Origin: an uncultured virus (IMG/VR IMGVR_UViG_3300000917_000001)
Lineage: Duplodnaviria; Heunggongvirae; Uroviricota; Caudoviricetes
Length of the DNA stretch: 20,000 bases
Strand: one strand, 5' to 3'
Virus record (IMG/VR): IMGVR_UViG_3300000917_000001
The notes under the pieces are model-generated. The model did not search any database, was not told where the DNA came from, and was given only the letters and a program-made list of their open reading frames with translations. This document shows positions 15,980 through 20,000 of this stretch, one piece after another. The position numbers and the translations under genes are program-made. Position 1 is the stretch's first letter. Each line of letters opens with the position of its first letter.

Positions 15980-18900
15980 AAAATAATATTAGTTGCGACT
16001 TTTCTTTGACCTCAAACAAAGGTTTTAACATTAATTCATATCTATCCTTGAACGAAAAGTCTAAAGTTGCTTGGACATCTTTTATAAAATATTCTGGCAG
16101 TTTTTCTTCTTCATCAGGAACTCCAACCACTGCAAGTTTATGTCCCCCTGAAATAAATTTTTGATATTTTTCTGATACTTCCTTTGGAGCTTTATCAATA
16201 TCAATCCCTTTAACCCAGAACATATATGCTTTGGATCCTGGTTTATGAATATCATACATTATTTCATTCCACGCTTCCATAGCTCTAACGCCTTGAGGAA
16301 TTACCTTATAAGATTCTATTTCTTTTCCATAAGTAATTGGGCGTGCTATACTTTTATCACCATTTTGAATTAAATTAATAAATTCTTTTTCTTTAGATTT
16401 TATAAATTCTAATATCTTTGGTAAAGACAATTTTTCACTCTTTAAGATTAATTCAGTTAATTCACTTAAAAACTCTTTTGATTTAGATGGAAAATCTGAT
16501 CTCTTAATTTCAACACCCATATAGTTAATATCATCTGTATCTTTACCTTCTTGATTAATAACTCTAATTGCATATCGTTTCTTTGCTAAAAATAATCCTC
16601 TTGAAATAACTAGCTCATTTTTTAATGCTAATCTATTAAAATCTAAATCAACATTATGTTTTTTAACAATATTAACTACAATATTTTTGTTCAAAAATTC
16701 TTCTACTTTACTACACCATTCTTTTATATTTGCTACAGTTTTTTCTTCTTTAAATTTTTCAAAGCAACAAAATATTGAATCAGTATCCCCAGTAATAATA
16801 TAGTCATTATTTCTATCAGGCATAATATCTGAGAACATTTCTTGTTTCGTCATTTGCTTTGGAGCTTTATATTCTCTATGCTCTTGCATAGATCTCAAGA
16901 AAGCATCACCTTCAATAATACAAGCCTTTAACGCTTCTTGCCCTGACAAAGTTATTGCTCCGGCTAATGAAACATCAAAAAATCTAAATGCTTTATTAGC
17001 AACAACTCCATAAAGCGTGTTTGCCAAAACTTTATAAACCAATTGTCTTGTATAAAAGAATTCTCTTGTTTCTTGATCTTTCTTTTCAATTGCTTCTAAC
17101 ATTTTCTTTTTATAAGTTTTTCTTGATCCCATAATATTCTCAACTACTTGACCAAATACTGAGAAATCTTTTTTATGCTTTTTAAAGAAGCAACCATTTA
17201 TAGTAAATACTAATTCATTATCAGAAATCTTCTTTAATAATTGATCTTTGGTAATAGAAACTTTTTGACTTTCAAATAATGGATCGATAATAACATTTAT
17301 ATTTTCTGGAAGTTTTTCTGGACAATAAGTTAACTCATAACCCAAACTTGAATCTTCTAGTTTCATTACAAAGCTATTTACACCAATATTATAAGTAATC
17401 ATCAAACTTGGATATAGAGATGCAAAATCAAAATCAGTTACATAGCTATAAATTCCTGGAATCGGTTCAAACACAAATGCTCCAGGATACTCTTCTTTGA
17501 CAATATGCGGGTCACTATTTTTTGAAGCTAATCCTTTATTCTTTAAAAATGAAACCATCATTATATCAATTTGACCAAATGATGAAGATCCTGTATCAAA
17601 ACTTGCATTACAAATAGTTCTAATTTCATTTAATAAATTTATATGAGCTAATTTCTTTTCTAACATTTCTAACAATTCGCAATCTCTAATATTATAGTCA
17701 ATTGTTGTATTCAACATTTTCCAATACATTTCATTAAATGGTAAAGGTAATTGAATCTTTGTAACCCCAAGAGTTTTCTGAGCAACAAATCCTAACTTAT
17801 AATTTTCCATTTTTGTAAATGTAAACATCTTGAATAAAAACTCTTGGTCAAGAACAACTGTTCCCGCTAAATGACAAATATAATTTTTTCCATCTGCATA
17901 AAACTCACCAAATTTTGAAAAAGAAATTTGAGGAATTCCAACTCTTTCTAATCTATTGTAAATATAATCAATATCGAAATTGATAAAGTTCCATCCTGAA
18001 AGAAAATCTGGATCTTTTTCTTTGAAGTCCTTTATAAATTCACGAATCAAACTTATCTCGTTTGGAAATATTTTATATATAACTCCAGGTTTCTTATTAA
18101 TTGATTCTGTTTTATTATCAATAACATAAACAATTTTTTCACTATTATAAATTGTTGAAATAATACACATTGGATATTTTGCTTGTTTTGGATCTGGGAA
18201 AACTCTATCTTTTCCTGTATCAATTTCAATATCGCAAAACATTATATTAGATAAAGTTCTTTGGGCTTCACCTTTATTAAAATGATAATAGTCCATCGCA
18301 TGCTTTGCTGTTAACTTTATATCGCCCTCATATGTTTTATCAGGATCAAGATGCGTTTTATCTTTATATTGAACTGCTACTTGTGTTAATTCATCAAATG
18401 GAACAATCTTTCTTGCGTCGATTCCAATAGCTTGATAACAAACATAAGTATCATCTTCTTTATGATAAACTTTTTTATTTTCTTTATCTCTAAAAATATA
18501 TAAAATTTGATTTGTCCTAGAAAGATATTGAATATCAACTAGTCTATAATCTTCTGTATAGAAATGTTCTGGAAGTTTATATCTAAAAATTCCTTTCCCC
18601 ATTTTCTTTATTTTTTCATGTGAACTAAGAGCTATCTTTTTTCCAGTTAATAACTCGACTATTCTTGCCATATCTTCTTCAAATTTATCAGTCCATGTAT
18701 TTTTATTTCTATTTACAAATGATGGATGAACAGTAAGAAATGCTTTATATCCTTCCCATTCAAATACTTGACCATGAAGATTTGTAATACCAGATTTTGC
18801 AATTCCAAAAGCAGACATTGGGCTTGTTCCCATAATTACTATCAATTTTGGATTGCAAGTTTTGATAAGATTCATGGCGTTAATTTTACATAATTCTATA

Positions 18901-19202
18901 ACTTCTGGTTCTGGATTTCCTGTAGTTCCATCAGGATTCAAAGTTTGGCATAATACAATATTTGTTATTAGATACTTAAATTTATCCAAACCAAATTTCT
19001 TAAAGAATAATCTAAACATTTGGCCAGCTACACCAACTAATGGAAGTCCTTGTTTTACTTCATCTTTGCCAGGATTTTCCGCAACAAATACAACTTCAAC
19101 TTTTGTTAGATCGTCTTTAGAATTTGTTTCAAGAATACAGGAAGGTGCATCTAATAATGGACATATAGAGCAGTTTGCAAAAGATTTTTTTATTGACTCC
19201 AA
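15978..19202 (-). CDS. Family B DNA polymerase with N-terminal family-4 uracil-DNA glycosylase-like domain
   Basis: UDG: CxxC, AENPG..E, G.PLVG.AG, ITNIVLC, EVIELC, PKLIVIMG, HPS. Exonuclease: DIE, GWNFINFD, YNIRD. Polymerase: DFASLYPS, K.LANTLYG, GDTDS, KKRY. TTG start with GGAGG SD at 19210-19214. Confidence 0.93.
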   Translation of the reverse strand: MESIKKSFANCSICPLLDAPSCILETNSKDDLTKVEVVFVAENPGKDEVKQGLPLVGVAGQMFRLFFKKFGLDKFKYLITNIVLCQTLNPDGTTGNPEPEVIELCKINAMNLIKTCNPKLIVIMGTSPMSAFGIAKSGITNLHGQVFEWEGYKAFLTVHPSFVNRNKNTWTDKFEEDMARIVELLTGKKIALSSHEKIKKMGKGIFRYKLPEHFYTEDYRLVDIQYLSRTNQILYIFRDKENKKVYHKEDDTYVCYQAIGIDARKIVPFDELTQVAVQYKDKTHLDPDKTYEGDIKLTAKHAMDYYHFNKGEAQRTLSNIMFCDIEIDTGKDRVFPDPKQAKYPMCIISTIYNSEKIVYVIDNKTESINKKPGVIYKIFPNEISLIREFIKDFKEKDPDFLSGWNFINFDIDYIYNRLERVGIPQISFSKFGEFYADGKNYICHLAGTVVLDQEFLFKMFTFTKMENYKLGFVAQKTLGVTKIQLPLPFNEMYWKMLNTTIDYNIRDCELLEMLEKKLAHINLLNEIRTICNASFDTGSSSFGQIDIMMVSFLKNKGLASKNSDPHIVKEEYPGAFVFEPIPGIYSYVTDFDFASLYPSLMITYNIGVNSFVMKLEDSSLGYELTYCPEKLPENINVIIDPLFESQKVSITKDQLLKKISDNELVFTINGCFFKKHKKDFSVFGQVVENIMGSRKTYKKKMLEAIEKKDQETREFFYTRQLVYKVLANTLYGVVANKAFRFFDVSLAGAITLSGQEALKACIIEGDAFLRSMQEHREYKAPKQMTKQEMFSDIMPDRNNDYIITGDTDSIFCCFEKFKEEKTVANIKEWCSKVEEFLNKNIVVNIVKKHNVDLDFNRLALKNELVISRGLFLAKKRYAIRVINQEGKDTDDINYMGVEIKRSDFPSKSKEFLSELTELILKSEKLSLPKILEFIKSKEKEFINLIQNGDKSIARPITYGKEIESYKVIPQGVRAMEAWNEIMYDIHKPGSKAYMFWVKGIDIDKAPKEVSEKYQKFISGGHKLAVVGVPDEEEKLPEYFIKDVQATLDFSFKDRYELMLKPLFEVKEKSQLILF

Positions 19203-19228
19203 GAAACAACCTCCAAGGTTATTTATAA

Positions 19229-19236
19229 TTTGTTCT
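19229..19236 (-). promoter_or_regulatory. Putative phage promoter motif AGAACAAA upstream of the polymerase gene
   Basis: Exact copy 27 nt from the start codon in a divergent intergenic region. Confidence 0.55.
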
Positions 19237-19252
19237 CATTTTATAAAAAAAG

Positions 19253-19269
19253 TTCTATATATATTAATT
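19253..19269 (+). promoter_or_regulatory. Putative phage early-type promoter motif TTCTATATATATTAATT (copy 2)
   Basis: Identical to 726-742, upstream of the plus-strand gene at 19339. Confidence 0.6.
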
Positions 19270-19338
19270 TCTAAGGTTAGCAGTTATGTATTTATTTTTT
19301 CTTATTAACCCAAACCAAACACAGGAAAGGAGACAAGC

Positions 19339-19974
19339 ATGGTAGATCAACAAGGAGCAGTAGTATTTGAACCCGAAGTGGCCATGGAAATTCCAACCAT
19401 GGATATTTCCGACGCGGCAAAGCTATTGAAGATCAAGGCGAAAGAGGTTTCATCCGACATGGTCTTCGAAGCATTTTACAAGGCCGCAACCGAGAAAGGA
19501 CTTTCAAGCGAGAACAGAAAGAACCTCATCCTCGCAAGAAACGTCTTCGTTCGTCAGTTCACTCTGAGCCAGATAGAAACCCAAGGCTTCTTCGAAGTCA
19601 CATCTGGCTACGAAATTCCATGTGACGTTTGTCACGGGACCGGAGAACTCTATAAGTTCAAGAAGAGTCCTGTGAGCGTCAAGTGTAAAGCTTGCGAGAA
19701 TGGAAGGGTTGTAATTCCTTGCCATTCCTGCAAGGGCACGAAGAAATTCCGGGCTGGCACCAAGGTCGTAGACTGCACCCGGTGTATGGACCCCAAGACC
19801 GGAGAGAGCACCGGAAAGATGACCGTGAAGTGTAAATTCTGTCACGGTACCAGTCGTGTGAAGCGGCCAGTTCTGGAACCCGAACTGCTTGCTGTTACTC
19901 CATGCAAACGGTGTCGTGAAAATGGGTTCCTCTACCCTCGGAAGCAGTTTAACTCTCCGAGAGTATCCGAATAG
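19339..19974 (+). CDS. DnaJ-like Cys-rich zinc-finger protein
   Basis: Six CxxC units (CDVCHGTG, CKAC, CHSCKGT, CTRC, CKFCHGT, CKRC); AAAGGAG SD; visibly higher GC than the rest of the window. Confidence 0.75.
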   Translation: MVDQQGAVVFEPEVAMEIPTMDISDAAKLLKIKAKEVSSDMVFEAFYKAATEKGLSSENRKNLILARNVFVRQFTLSQIETQGFFEVTSGYEIPCDVCHGTGELYKFKKSPVSVKCKACENGRVVIPCHSCKGTKKFRAGTKVVDCTRCMDPKTGESTGKMTVKCKFCHGTSRVKRPVLEPELLAVTPCKRCRENGFLYPRKQFNSPRVSE

Positions 19975-20000
19975 TTTGATTGAGCACTTCTCTACTTAAC

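Noticed and set aside
9591..19202. Inteins or introns in the helicase or polymerase
   Set aside because: Motif spacing looks normal and no splice-junction or endonuclease motifs were seen; the extra polymerase length is explained by the UDG domain
13845..19202. Uracil-substituted genome as in AR9/PBS1, suggested by the promoter resemblance
   Set aside because: A thymidylate synthase and a largely intact UDG domain argue against it, and base modification cannot be read from sequence
1051..19845. Shadow ORFs (1051-1320, 1407-1643, 1902-2219, 2649-2852, 3285-3470, 5028-5210, 8889-9287, 11137-11334, 11250-11456, 11453-11746, 14351-14554, 14796-14999, 14855-15097, 18853-19308, 19504-19845)
   Set aside because: They overlap well-supported genes antisense or out of frame and have no recognisable motifs
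1..20000. Stop-codon reassignment as seen in some jumbo phages
   Set aside because: Long conserved genes are intact in the standard code, and TAA, TAG and TGA all end genes at sensible positions

Overview
This is an AT-rich segment of a large (probably jumbo) tailed dsDNA phage genome in the standard genetic code, with strong Shine-Dalgarno (SD) sites. A ~17.8 kb minus-strand block mixes several functions. It holds a T4-like head module (gp23-like major capsid protein (MCP), gp21-like prohead protease, gp20-like portal, acidic scaffold candidate) and a DnaB/gp41-like helicase. It also holds a compact cluster: family-4 uracil-DNA-glycosylase (UDG) domain fused to a family B DNA polymerase, QueE, ribosomal protein bS21, GroES, an archaeal-type thymidylate synthase, an HslV-like protease and a TGT-fold (DpdA-like) transglycosylase. 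Plus-strand accessory genes flank it. The most notable signals are (1) the UDG-PolB fusion next to putative 7-deazaguanine DNA-modification genes and (2) two strand-specific non-sigma70 intergenic motifs: AGAACA(A/T)A before minus-strand core genes and an identical 17-mer TTCTATATATATTAATT before plus-strand genes. Also notable are (3) a 16-bp element shared only by the capsid and scaffold leaders and (4) a phage translation/proteostasis kit. All functional calls come from motif recognition by eye, with no database searches.
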